DNA of 63,417 bases, the filler included, from Chiloscyllium plagiosum (Eukaryota), in assembly GCF_004010195.1 (NCBI RefSeq). It is 4 parts of one record of this genome, joined end to end, with 100 filler letters (N's around TTAATTAATTAA, not from the genome) between each part and the next. Parts side by side here need not be neighbours in the genome. Positions count along the whole stretch, not along the records: positions 27,474 to 54,489 come from NC_057710.1; 3 more parts are not named here. One strand, written 5' to 3'. Positions within the stretch are counted from its first letter, which is position 1. Every line of letters begins with the position of its first letter. This document shows, in pieces, positions 39,676 through 51,149 of the stretch. Under the pieces are notes generated by a model that was given only the letters and a program-made list of their open reading frames with translations, had not been told where the DNA came from and did not search any database. The position numbers were made by a program, and so were the translations under genes.

Positions 39676-40565
39676 GGACCTGATCAGGTGTACCCTAGAA
39701 TTCTGTGGGAAGCTATGGAAGTGATTGCTGGGCCTCTTACTGAGATATTTGTATCATCAATAGTCACAAGTGAGGTGCCGGAAGACTGGAGGTTGGCTAA
39801 CGTGGTGCCACTGTTTAGAAAGGTGGTAAGAAAGGTATTGGTCAGACTATTGAGTACAGGAGTTGGGAGGTCATGTTGCAGCTGTGCTCAATACTTTGAC
39901 CAATAAAGGAAAGCATACCAAACGCCTTCTTCACTATTCTATCTACCTGCGACTACACTTTCAAGGAGCTATGAACCTGCACTCAAAAGTATCTTTGAAG
40001 ACATTGGTTATGCCACCATTGGAATATTGCATGCAATTCTGGTCTCCTTCCTATCGGAAAGATGTTGTGAAACTTGAAAGGGTTCAGAAAAGATTTACAA
40101 GGATGTTGCCAGGGTTGCAAGTTTTGAGCTATAGGGAGAGGTTGAATAGGCTAGGGCTGTTTTCCTTGGAGCGGTGGAGGCTGAGGGGTGACCTTATAAA
40201 GGTTTATAAAATCATGAGGGGCCTGGATAGGATAAACAGACAAAGTCTTTTCCCTGGGGTGGGGGAGTCCAGAACTAGAGGTCATAGGTTTAGTGTGAGA
40301 GAGGAAAGACATAAAAACGACCTAAGGAGCAACGTTTTCACTCAGAGGTTGGTATGTGCATGGAGTGAGCTGCCAGAAGAAGTGGTGGAGGCTAGTACAA
40401 CTGCAACATTTAAAAGGCATCTGGATGGGTATCTGAATAGGAAGGATTTGGAGGAATATGGGCTAGGTGCTGGCAGGTGGGATTAGATTGGATTGGGATA
40501 CCTGGTTGGCATGGACGAGTTGGACTGAAGGGTCGGTTTCCGTGCTGTACATCTCTATGACTCTC
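39676..40565 (+). mobile_element. Rearranged CR1 (RT piece, internal inversion, 3' end)
   Basis: [15 protein letters not shown] and LEYCMQFWSPSY...RGDLIKVYK. 39882-39998 is CR1 in the opposite orientation. Confidence 0.88.
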
Positions 40566-40574
40566 AGTCAGAAA

Positions 40575-41420
40575 ACAATTCTTGCCCTGGCCCCTTGTTA
40601 CAGGTTGCCATCCTGAAAATGTCACGTTTATCTCAACTCTCCATCTTCTACGAGTAAGCCAATGCCAAAATACAAAATGCAACACCATGGACTCTTCTTA
40701 AGTAACCTCATTAAACACATACTGAAAATCCAATATATTGCTATCCATTGCTTCTCTTTCCTGCTTGTTACCTCCTCAAAGAATTCTATGAATTTGTTAA
40801 GCATGATTTCCGTTCGTGAAGCCATGCTGACTCTGCTTGATCATATTATGCATTTCTAAACGATCTTCAATTAATCCTTTATAATCGATGCGAACGCTCC
40901 CAATAACAGATATTAAGCTAACTGGCCTATATTCAGTCTTTTTTGTCTTGTTCCTTTTTCAAGTAAAGGTGTTACATCGGCAACATTCAAATCCTCTTTT
41001 GGAAGATTAGTACCAGTGCATTCACTATCTCTGTAGCTATTTCCTTTACTATCCTAGGATGCATCCTGGTCCAGGGGACTTACTGGATTTCTTCAGCTCC
41101 ATTAGTTTCCCTAGCACTTCTTCTCTACTGATGGTCATTGTAGTTATTTCTTTTACTTCTTTTGCCCTTAATTATTTCGTAATATTAGAATGCTATTAGT
41201 TTCTTCTACATAGAAAGTATTTCTTCATCTCTTATGTAATTCCCTCATTGCCCATTACCATTTCCACAGCCTTCTTCTCTACAAGTTTATGTTCACTTTG
41301 GCTCCTCTTCCTATTTGTATACTTAAAGAAGCTCTCAATATCCATCTTGATGCTGTTTTGAAGTTTATCCTCAAAGTTTATTTTCTCTCCCTTGTCTTGG
41401 TCATATTTCATTGGTTTTAA
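40575..41420 (-). mobile_element. Older CR1 RT fragment
   Basis: NKFIEFFEEVTS and FSGWQPVT remnants. Confidence 0.7.
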
Positions 41421-43270
41421 AAACAGCCTTCAAAATTTACAGTCAACCTGATTAAAATTCCATTTCCCTCCAACAATTTGATCCTGTGGTCAAGAAAGAT
41501 TGACAACAATACATGATGATTTTGTGGCACTTATGTTTCTAGTTGCTAACAAACTAATCTGCAAAAATATTCGCACAGAGGCATATAATTGCTAGCTGGA
41601 ACCTATGCTCTAAAACTGACAAAAGCAACCTTTTCTTGGCCATGATGCACAAAAGTAACTGTTCCGATAACTTAAATGTATTCTTTAAACAATTAATCAG
41701 AACATGGACTCAACTACCACAGCAAGCTACAATTTGTGCTTGCTTGCTGCTGGAACTCAGAAGTTATACTGGCGTAAAATCCAAATCTAAGCAAATGTCT
41801 TTATCCATATAGGAATGAAGTTATTGCATTTATTGTAAACAACAAGACCTTTCAGATTAACCATTTATTACCAGTGAATGTAACTGTTCTGCAATTGTAA
41901 GCAAGTATAACTACAAACATAAATTTAACTTCTCCAGTAGACTACATGACAGTTATTAATTAATCCCCTTCCAGCTTTAGCAACTTTGAACATACCACAT
42001 GTAAGCTACAAACTGGCTTATAATAAAATGGCATGCACATATCAACTGCCCAAAAGAATAATGGTCATGCTTTGAAGCATGATTGTGTTTGGTGTCATGA
42101 AACATATACAACATTTAAATGCTATAATGCATTAAAAGCATCAACTGAATATAAATTACTGTCATTCAGAAATTGGGACAAAAATTAATTTCATTCAGTA
42201 AATTGACTAATGGGATTCATTTCCTGTTGAACTTTGTAGAAAATCATCCATTAGAACCCTCCAAGAGTCTTGCTATTAAATTTACATATCTGTACATGTC
42301 TGTTCCTTTTTTCAAGCTCTTTTGCCCTTTCAATCATGAAGCATATTACTTCACTGTCACCACAAAGCAGTTTCTAACAACAGGAAACCCAGCTGGGAAA
42401 GGAAGAGGGCAGCAGGCTCATGCATTAACATAATAATCCAACTGTGCTCCCAAAGGCCCTCAGGGCAGACAGCATATTAGCCAGCCCTCCTATGCTGGCC
42501 CTGGCTGGAGCTGCCTCATCACCTGTCTGTCAACCTGTGGCATTTGCAGCCTACCCAAAGGCATCAGACTATGCAATTACACTAGTTCAATCAGTCTACT
42601 ATTAATACCAATATATCCTCCTGTTTTTTCCACTTATAATCAGTAAACAATAATGCTTGCAACTGCCAGCAGTAATAAACAGAAATTTTCAGGTCATTAA
42701 GCCGATACTTAGTAATAAGTTTGCTCACTCATACTAACCCTCTGAATACTCGTTACTCTGCCCAATTTTTTAAAAAAATGTTTCCTATAACAAAACCTGT
42801 GTAAAATCTAATTGTGCAGTATTCAGGTGCTCATTTTTCTAATATAAACAACAATTATTGAACTGTACATATTATTTGTTTGTGTGCTTAATCATTCTCA
42901 TTTCACCCTTGCCATTCTTCTAAGTCTTTTGAAAACTGTGTTCGCCTGGCTCCAGCCTCTTGTTAATCTCCTACTCACTCACGAACCAATTGAAAGACCA
43001 CTTTCATTTACAGCCTACATACCATACTTTCCTTGCCTGCTTCAGGATGTCCCGAACAGCCTACATCCTTAATAATCTCTCTTTCTTTGTTCAGTATCTG
43101 TTTTGACAAATACCATATCCATCAAGACACTAGGATGCTTTTCCAAGGTGCTTTATGAGTGAATGTTGTTGTAGATTCGATTTTGGGGTGCTTATTCATC
43201 AAATCCTGAAGGTGATGGGACACGTTAATTTGGTCAGAAGGCACACAGAATACTTGCCTTTATCAGTCAA

Positions 43271-43372
43271 AAGTTAAAAATCACACAACACCAGGTTATA
43301 GTCCAACAGGTTTGTTTGGAAAGCTAGTACTTCCAAATAAACCTGTTGGGCTATGTTGTGTGATTTTTAACT
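43271..43372. mobile_element. Palindromic mini PLE insertion (family C)
   Basis: aagttaaaaatcacacaac...ccaacaggttt pairs with aaacctgttgg...gttgtgtgatttttaactt. Flanks ctttatcagtcaa (43258-43270) and ctttatcaatcaa (43371-43383). Confidence 0.8.
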
Positions 43373-43584
43373 TTATCAATCAAGTCACAGATTATAACTG
43401 TTGGGAGGTTATACAGGCAGTTCTGGACATCGCTTTTTAAGATTCCACCGGAGGGTGTAGAGGTGATTCACCAGAATGTTGTTTAAGCTATGAAGAGAAA
43501 CTGGATAAGCTTGGACTGTTTTCTTTGGAGCAAAGGTGGTTGAAAGGGTACCTGACAGATGTTTATAAGATTACGAGGAGCATG

Positions 43585-43715
43585 GTGGACATTGAGCACC
43601 CTCTGACCAATTTCTGAACTAAGACATCGAGGAAAGGGAGATAATTTGACTGTTCCATTTCAAACATGAATTTGAGTGCAGGATAGAGCCTAGTAAACAT
43701 ACAAGGAAATTTACA
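43585..43715 (-). mobile_element. PLE RT fragment
   Basis: LYPALKFMFEMEQSNYLPFLDVLV fits the PLE RT motif HPxIKFTxExE...LPFLDVLV. Confidence 0.7.
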
Positions 43716-43734
43716 CATGCTGCTGTTCTTCCCA

Positions 43735-44065
43735 AGACCACAGAGAGTTGTGAACACAGCCCAGTCCATCATACAAAACAGCTTCCTATCCATTCATCTA
43801 CAGTCATCTATACTTCCCACTGCAACAGGAAAGCAACCAACATAATCAAACACACCTCCCATTCCATTTATATTCTCTTCCACCGTTGGGTAAAAAATAA
43901 AGAAGTTTGAATACATGTATGGACAGATTCAAGAACAGCTTCTTCCCCACTGTTATCAGACTTCTGAGTGGACCTCTCAAAACATTAATATTGATCTCTG
44001 CACCTTCTCAGTATCTGTAACATTGTATCCTGCACTGTGTTCTGTTACCCTGATGCACTTGTATA
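43735..44065 (+). mobile_element. Rex1/Babar- or L2-like LINE 3' end
   Basis: Homologous to 27610-28030 (gaacacagcccag, tatacttc, ttcaagaacagcttctt). Confidence 0.6.
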
Positions 44066-44067
44066 AC

Positions 44068-44285
44068 TCGAATTGCCTGTCCCTCTTCCGCGGTTATGTT
44101 ATAGCCAAGGTGTCTCTGGAGAAGGAGCACACGGTGTCCACCAACACCCTTGAGCTATTCAGGGAGAGGTGGGCACTGCAGGAAGTGGAGTGTATTATTT
44201 CCCCGTCCAACTCTATTTGATTTAATCTCTGCCCCCCCTTCACTGTTTGATCACACAGCATTGCCTTTTGATGTGAAAAATATTT
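44068..44285 (+). mobile_element. Tx1/L1-like LINE 3' tip
   Basis: CLSLFRGYVIAKVSLEKEHTVSTNTLELFRERW resembles the Tx1-type ORF2 C-terminus. Confidence 0.55.
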
Positions 44286-45880
44286 TTTTAAAAATCACCC
44301 TGACCTCACTGCTCGACGAACCAAGGACACAAACACCTGATAGCACCAACTTCATCAGCAAGGACAGCATCCTCAAACTAATAGACCTGTGCCTCACAAC
44401 CCACTTCACCTTCAACGACATTCCAGGTCATTAGATTAGATTACATTACAGTGTGGAAACAGGCCCTTCGGCCCAACACCGACCCGCCGAAGCGTAACCC
44501 ACCCATACCCCTACATTTACCCCTTACCTAACACTACGGGCAATTTAGCATGGCCAATTCATCTGACCTGCACATCTTTGGACTGTGGGAGGAAACCGGA
44601 GCACCCAGAGGAAACCCATGCAGACATGGGGAGAACGTGCAAACTCTACACAGTCAGTCGCCTGAGGCGGGAATTGAACCCGGGTCTCCAGCGCTGTGAG
44701 GCAGCAGTGCTAACCACTGTGCCACCGTGCCGCCCACTAGATCTATAAATAAATCAATGGGATGCCTATAGGATCACCAATATCAGGACTCTTAGCAGGA
44801 GCAGTTGTGCAGAGGCTAGGACGAACAGCCCTTCCCATGATCCAGCACAAGTTTTGGGTTTGCTATGTGGATGACACCTTTGTCATCACAAAACGCAACA
44901 AATTAGAAGAAACTCACAAACACATAAACAACATCCTTACTGGTATAATGTTTTACCAATAGGAAGTGAACAACAACAGACTCCCCCTTCCTAGATGCCA
45001 TGGTAGAACGCAAAGCAAATGGACAGCTACAGAACAGGGTCTACAGGAAAGCCACACTCACTGACCAGATACTCAACTACACCTACAAATGGAGCTGCAT
45101 CAGGACATGATTTAAATGAGCCACAAGACACCCAAGAACGAAGAGAAACCAAGGAAAAACACCTGTACAACATATTCAGGAACAATGGGTGCCCGATAAG
45201 CACAGGCCACCGATTTTTAAACAACAGACCTAAACAAGACGACAACATGCCCAGAAACTCTAGTCACCCTGCCATAAATTAAAGACATCTAGGAGATGAC
45301 GACCAGACTATTTTGGACCCTAAGCATCATGGTAGCCCACAAACCTACCAACACACTGAAACAGCTCCTGATGAATTTAAAAGGACCTTATACCAACAGC
45401 CAGCAGAATGAATGTCAAAATACCCTGCAAGGATGGCAACAAACATTACATTGCACAAATGGGCACGAAACTAGCCACTAGGATACATGACCAACTATCA
45501 CTAGTATCCATACACACAGATGAAGAGAGACACCAGCTCGACTGGGACAATACATCCATTCTTGGCCAAGGTAAGCAAAGAAACACATGGGAATTCGTAG
45601 AGGCCTGGCATTCAAACCAGAACTCCATGAACAAACACTTCGATTTGGATCCCATTTACCAATCTCTCAGAAAAAGAACCGGAAGTGATATTAACCACCA
45701 CAACAGACCAAGACACACAAATAGCTAGTAGGACAGAACACCAATGCTTCATTGGAGGCTCACTGATGATGTTACCTAGTATGGTGATGAAACATCTAAA
45801 AACAAATTTACCTGGTCAACAAGCAAACTTACAACCTGATCCACAATCTAAGCTACAAATCTTCTCCAAAATCATTTAAC
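44285..45880 (+). mobile_element. Penelope-like element (family B parent): RT, GIY-YIG endonuclease and hammerhead-bearing 3' end, interrupted by a SINE
   Basis: LIDLCLTTHFTFN, GMPIGSPISGLLA, YVDDTFVI, KIPCKDGNKHYIAQMG...RIH and EFVEAWHS. Hammerhead CTGATGA(45763-45769)-T-GTTACC-tagtat-GGTGAT-GAAA-CATC. Confidence 0.9.
44431..44736 (-). mobile_element. Full-length HE1-like V-SINE inserted in the PLE RT
   Basis: Near-identical to the reverse complement of 28264-28580. Confidence 0.92.
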
Positions 45881-47666
45881 TTTTCTACCAGAAGTAAACT
45901 TCAAATAGAAAATATTATTCAATTAGCATACTAAATATCCTGAATATTTTTTTCCCCAAACTGCAGGAAACTGATACTGCATATTAAACATTAAGTATTT
46001 TTAATGGCGTTTTTCCTCAGTTTGATTCAGTTTGTTTCAATTGAAAATCCACATAATATTTAACGGCACAATGAAAATGATAGTATGAAAATGAAAATGA
46101 TGTTATTGTAGAATACATGAATCATAATTTACATTTATTTAATTAACAGCTGAGCTTTCCATTTTTGCTGATCCTCGAGTTATGCTTTTAATTCGTTCTA
46201 TGAATGTGAACTGAAATGGCAACTCACAAAGTGCCCCAAAGAAATATTTAAAAATCTTTGATCTTCAGCCCACAGCAAATGCTGCTGTGTTCCACTGGTT
46301 GGCCGTTGGGATTCCTGAAGAACCAGACATCTGGCTACATGGTTTTTATTGGTTGACTCATTCCCAAGAGAACACAAGTACTAACACCATACAGGGAATG
46401 TCCTGGCAGGGAAAAAAAATACTCAAGCATTTCAATGGATTATAGTTTAAAAATGGTCTTCATATGTCTATAGGGGGCCTTAGAGCTCTTCTCCACTGGG
46501 GCTGCAGATTTCAGTACAGCATCATGGTGCATTTGAGGCCACAATCTGACCACTGTTCAACCAGATCTTCAATTTCCTATTTATTTGCATTTTATAGTTG
46601 ATTTTTTTTTTATTTTATTGATTTCACATGCACCAAGTTATGGGCACTAAAAATAGCAGCACATCAAATATTTCCAACCTCTTTTTTTTTAAAGCAGCAG
46701 ATATTAAACCATCGAAAAAAAAATGTAAGCACTTCTATTTCAGTTCAATTCTGAACATTAAAAGTACAGATGTTTCTTCAAAATAACAATATATTTTGAA
46801 ATAAAGGCAAATTTATAAAGGGAACGCAGTTATGCCATCATGCTTCAAGACTTGCAGAAGCAAAATTGGCTGTTGGAAATGCAAAGTATAAAATATGGCA
46901 AACCATGTCATCCCAGTCGAATAGTTTCCAGGATTAATAGGTAATCATTTTTCCCAATTTTAAAAGAAAAAAGCAACTGTACAAATATTTGCATATTTTA
47001 TTCATACAATCTGAAAAATATCAGAAAATCCTTCAGGAGTAATAAATACAAGAAGCCACTAATTTTGACTGAAAGAAAATATTGTAAGTACCCAACTCTT
47101 ACTGAAATGTTAATATTTAATAACAAAATGTTTTACATATATAGTACTTCAATAAATATTAAGAATGAGTACCAAGTTTTATTAAATACACAGGAATTAT
47201 TGCAATTTGATTATTTAATCATAACCAACACTTCAATGCCAGTGAATTGTAAAATGGTTGAAAGAAAATGTCGGTTAAAATCAAACAGCCCTATAATTCA
47301 CAATAAAACTTAGACCATCTCATTACAATTTCCAGCATAAACAAAAAAAACCTTTATTGCACTGAAACATTTCAAGTTAAAATCCCAATTATAGCCTTGC
47401 TGCCCTTTCAAAAGAGAAAGCAGTATAAAATAGGGAAGTTAGAATACTGTAAGCAAATCTGGTCCTCTTGTCTAAGGAAAGAAATACTGACACTGGAGGC
47501 AGTCTAGAGAAGGATAACTGATTGATTCTGGGTGTGGGGGGGAATTTCTTACAAGGACAGGTTGAATATAGATCAGGCTAGCACTCACTGGAGTTTAGAA
47601 GAGTGAGAGGAGACTACTGAAACATAAAAGAGCCTTAAATGACTTTACGGGATAGGTAGAGGTTTT

Positions 47667-48780
47667 CATAAGACATAAGAGCAGAAACTAGGCCATTCAG
47701 CCCATTGAGTCTGCTCCACTATTCGATCATGGCTGATAACTTTCTCAATCCATTCTCCCACTTTCTCCCCATAACCTTGACCCTGTGATACTCAAGAATC
47801 TATCTATCGCAGTCTTAAATATAATCAATGACCTGGCCTCCACAGCCTTGTGTGGCAACGAATTCTATAGATTCACCTCAGAAGGCTGAACAAATTTCTT
47901 CTTATCTCCACTCTGAAAGGTCACCCCTTTACTCTAAGGCTGTGCCCTTGGGTTCTAGTCTCTCCCACAAGTGGAAATATCTTCCCAGCATCTACTCTGT
48001 CCAGCCAATTAAGTATTCTGTACGCTTCAAGTAGATCCCCCTTCATCCATCAAAACTCCATCACGTATACAGCCAGAGTCCTCAGATGTTCCTCATGTGT
48101 TAAGTATTTCATTCCTGAGACCATTCTCATGAACCTCTTCTGAACATGCTCCAGGGCCAGTACATCCTTCCTAAGATATGGGGCCCAAAATTGCACACAA
48201 TACTCTAAATGTGATCTGACCAGAGTCTTATAGAGCCTCAGAAGTACATCCTGCTTTTATATTCAAGTAATCTCAAAACAAATGCCATCATTGCATTTGC
48301 CTTCCAAACAACTGACTCAACCTACAAGTTTACCTTGAGAGAATCCTGGATTAGAACACACAAGTCTCTTTGCACCTCAGACTACTGAATATTCTCCCCA
48401 TTTAGAAAATTGCCCATACCTCTATTCTTCCAACAAAATGCATGACCTCACGCATTCCCACGTTGTACTTCATCTGCCACTTCTTTGCCCACTTTCCTAA
48501 CCTGTCCAAAACCTTCTGCAGCCTCCCCGCCTCCTCAATGCTACCTGTCCTTCTACCTAACTTTGTACTATCAGCAAAACTAGCCAGAAGGCGTTCAGTT
48601 CCTTCATCTAGATTGTTAATGTATAAAATGAAAAGTTATGATCCAAACACTGAGCCTTACAGACCACCACTTGTCGCCAGCTGCCATCATGAGAAGGACC
48701 CTTTTATCCCCTTTCTGCTTTCTGCCAGAAAGCCAATCTTCTATCCACATTTGCAACTTGCCTCTGACACCATGGGCCCT
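47667..48780 (-). mobile_element. CR1 3' end and part of RT
   Basis: (cataaga)n tail and collinear similarity to 12842-13920. Confidence 0.82.
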
Positions 48781-51110
48781 TACAGAATCAGTCAGCATGG
48801 AACAGACCTTTCGGTCCAACTTGTCCATGCCAACCAGATATCCCAGTCCAATCTAGTCCCACCTACCAGCACCCGCCCCATATCCCTATAAAACCCTTCC
48901 TATTCACATACCCATCCAGATGCCTTTTAAATGTTGCAATCGTACTGGCCTCCACCACTTCCTCTGGCAGCTCATTCCATACACGCACCACCCTCTTGTG
49001 TGAAAAAGTTGCCCCTTAGGTCTTTTTTATATCTTTCCCCTCTCACCCTAAACCTATGCCCTCTAGTTCTGGACTCCCCACCCCAGGGAAAAGATTTTTT
49101 TTCTATTTATCCTATCCATACCCCTCATGACTTTGTAGACCGCTATAAGATCACCCCTCAGCCTCCACCGCTCCAAGGAAAACAGCCCTAGCCTATTCAA
49201 CCTCTCCATATAGCTCAAAACCTCCAACCCTGGCAACACCCTTGTAACTTTTTTTCTGAACCTTTTCAGGTTTCACAACATTCTTCCAATAGGAAGGAGA
49301 CCAGAACTGCACACAATGTTCCAAATGTAGCCTAACCAATCTCCTGTACAGCTGCAACATGACCTCCCAACTCCTGTACTCAATAATCTGACCAATAAAG
49401 GAAAGTATACCAAATGCCTTCTTCGCTATCCTATCTAACTTCGACTCTACTTTCAAGGAGATATGAAACTGCACTCCAAGGTGTCTTTGTTCAGCCAAAC
49501 TCCCTCGGACCCTACCGTTAAGTGTATAAGTCCTGCTAAGAGTTGCTTTCCCAAAATGCAGCATCGCGCATTTATCTAAATTACATTCCATCTACCCACT
49601 CCTCAGCCCATTGGCCCATCTGATCAAGATCCCATTGTAATCTGAGGTAACCTTCTTCACTGTCCACTACACCTCCAATTTTGACATAATCCGCAAACTT
49701 ACTAACTAAACCACTTATGCTCTCATCCAAACATTTATATAAATGACGAAAAGTAGTGGACCTAGCACCGATCCTTGTGGCACTCCACTGGTCACAGGCC
49801 TCCAGTCTGAAAAACAACCCTCTACCACCACCCTCTGTCTTCTACCTTTGAGCCAGTTAAGTATCCAAATGCCTCGTTCTCCCTGTATTCCATGGGATCT
49901 AACCTTGCTAAACAGTCTCCCATGGGGAACCTTGCCGAATGTCTTACTGAAATCCATATAGATCACATCCACTACTCTGCCTTCATCAATCCTCTTTGTT
50001 ACTTCTTCAAAAACCTCAATCAAGTTTGTGAGACATGATTTCCCATGCACAAAGCCATGTTGACTATCCCTAATCAGTCCTTGCCTTTCCAAATGCATGT
50101 ACATTCTGTCCCTCAGGATTCCCTCCAACAACTTGCCCACCACTGACGTCAGGCTCACTGGTCTATAGTTCCCTGGCTTGTCCTTATCACCTTTCTTAAA
50201 CAGTGGCACCACATTAGCCAACCTCCAGTCTTCCAGCACCTTACCTGTGACTATCGATGATACAAATATCTCAGTAAGAGGCCCAGCAATCACTTCCCTT
50301 GCTTCTCAGAGTTCTAGGGTACACCTGATCAGGTCCTGGGGATTTATCCACTTTTATGCATTTCAAGACGTCCAGCACTTCCTCCTCTAAAGTATGGACA
50401 TTTTTCAAGATATCACCATATATTTCCCTACTTTGTACACCTTCCATGTCCTTTTCCACAGTAAACACTGATGCAAAATACTCGTTTAGTGTCTCCACCA
50501 CCTCCTGCGGTTCCACACAAAGGCCGCCTTGCTGATCTTTGAGGAGCCCTATTCTATCCCTTTTGTCCTTAATGTATTCGTAAAAACCCTTTGGATTCTC
50601 CTTCACTCTATGTGCCAAAGCTATCTCATGTCCCCTTTTTGCCCTCCTGGTCTCCCTCTTAAGTGTACTCCTACAGCCTTTATACTCTTCTAAGGATTCA
50701 CTTGATCTCTCCTGTCTAAACCTGACATCTGCTTCCTTCTTTTTCTTAACAAACCCTCAATTTCTTTAGACATCCAGCATTCCCTACACCTACAGCCTTT
50801 CCTTACACTCTAACAGGAATATACTGTCTCTGGACTCTCATTTTCTCATTTCTGAAGCCTTCTCATTTTCCAACTGTCGCTTTACCTGCAAACATCTGCC
50901 CCCAGTCAGCTTTTGAAAGTACTTGCCCAATACTGTCAAAATTAGCCGTCCTCCAATTCAGAACTTCAACTGTTAATTCTGGTCTATCCTTTTCCATTAC
51001 CATTTTAAAACTAATAGAATTATGGTCGCTGATCCCAAAGTGCTCCTCAACTGACACCTCAGTCACCTACCCTGCCTTATTTCCCAAGAGTAGGTCAAGA
51101 TTTGCACCTT
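48781..51110 (-). mobile_element. CR1 LINE, about 2.3 kb of frameshifted ORF2 (end of endonuclease through 3' UTR)
   Basis: [60 protein letters not shown] and LEHCVQFWSPSY. Confidence 0.93.
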
Positions 51111-51149
51111 TGATTGAAAAGGTTTATTTTGAATTCCTGATTGCAATAA

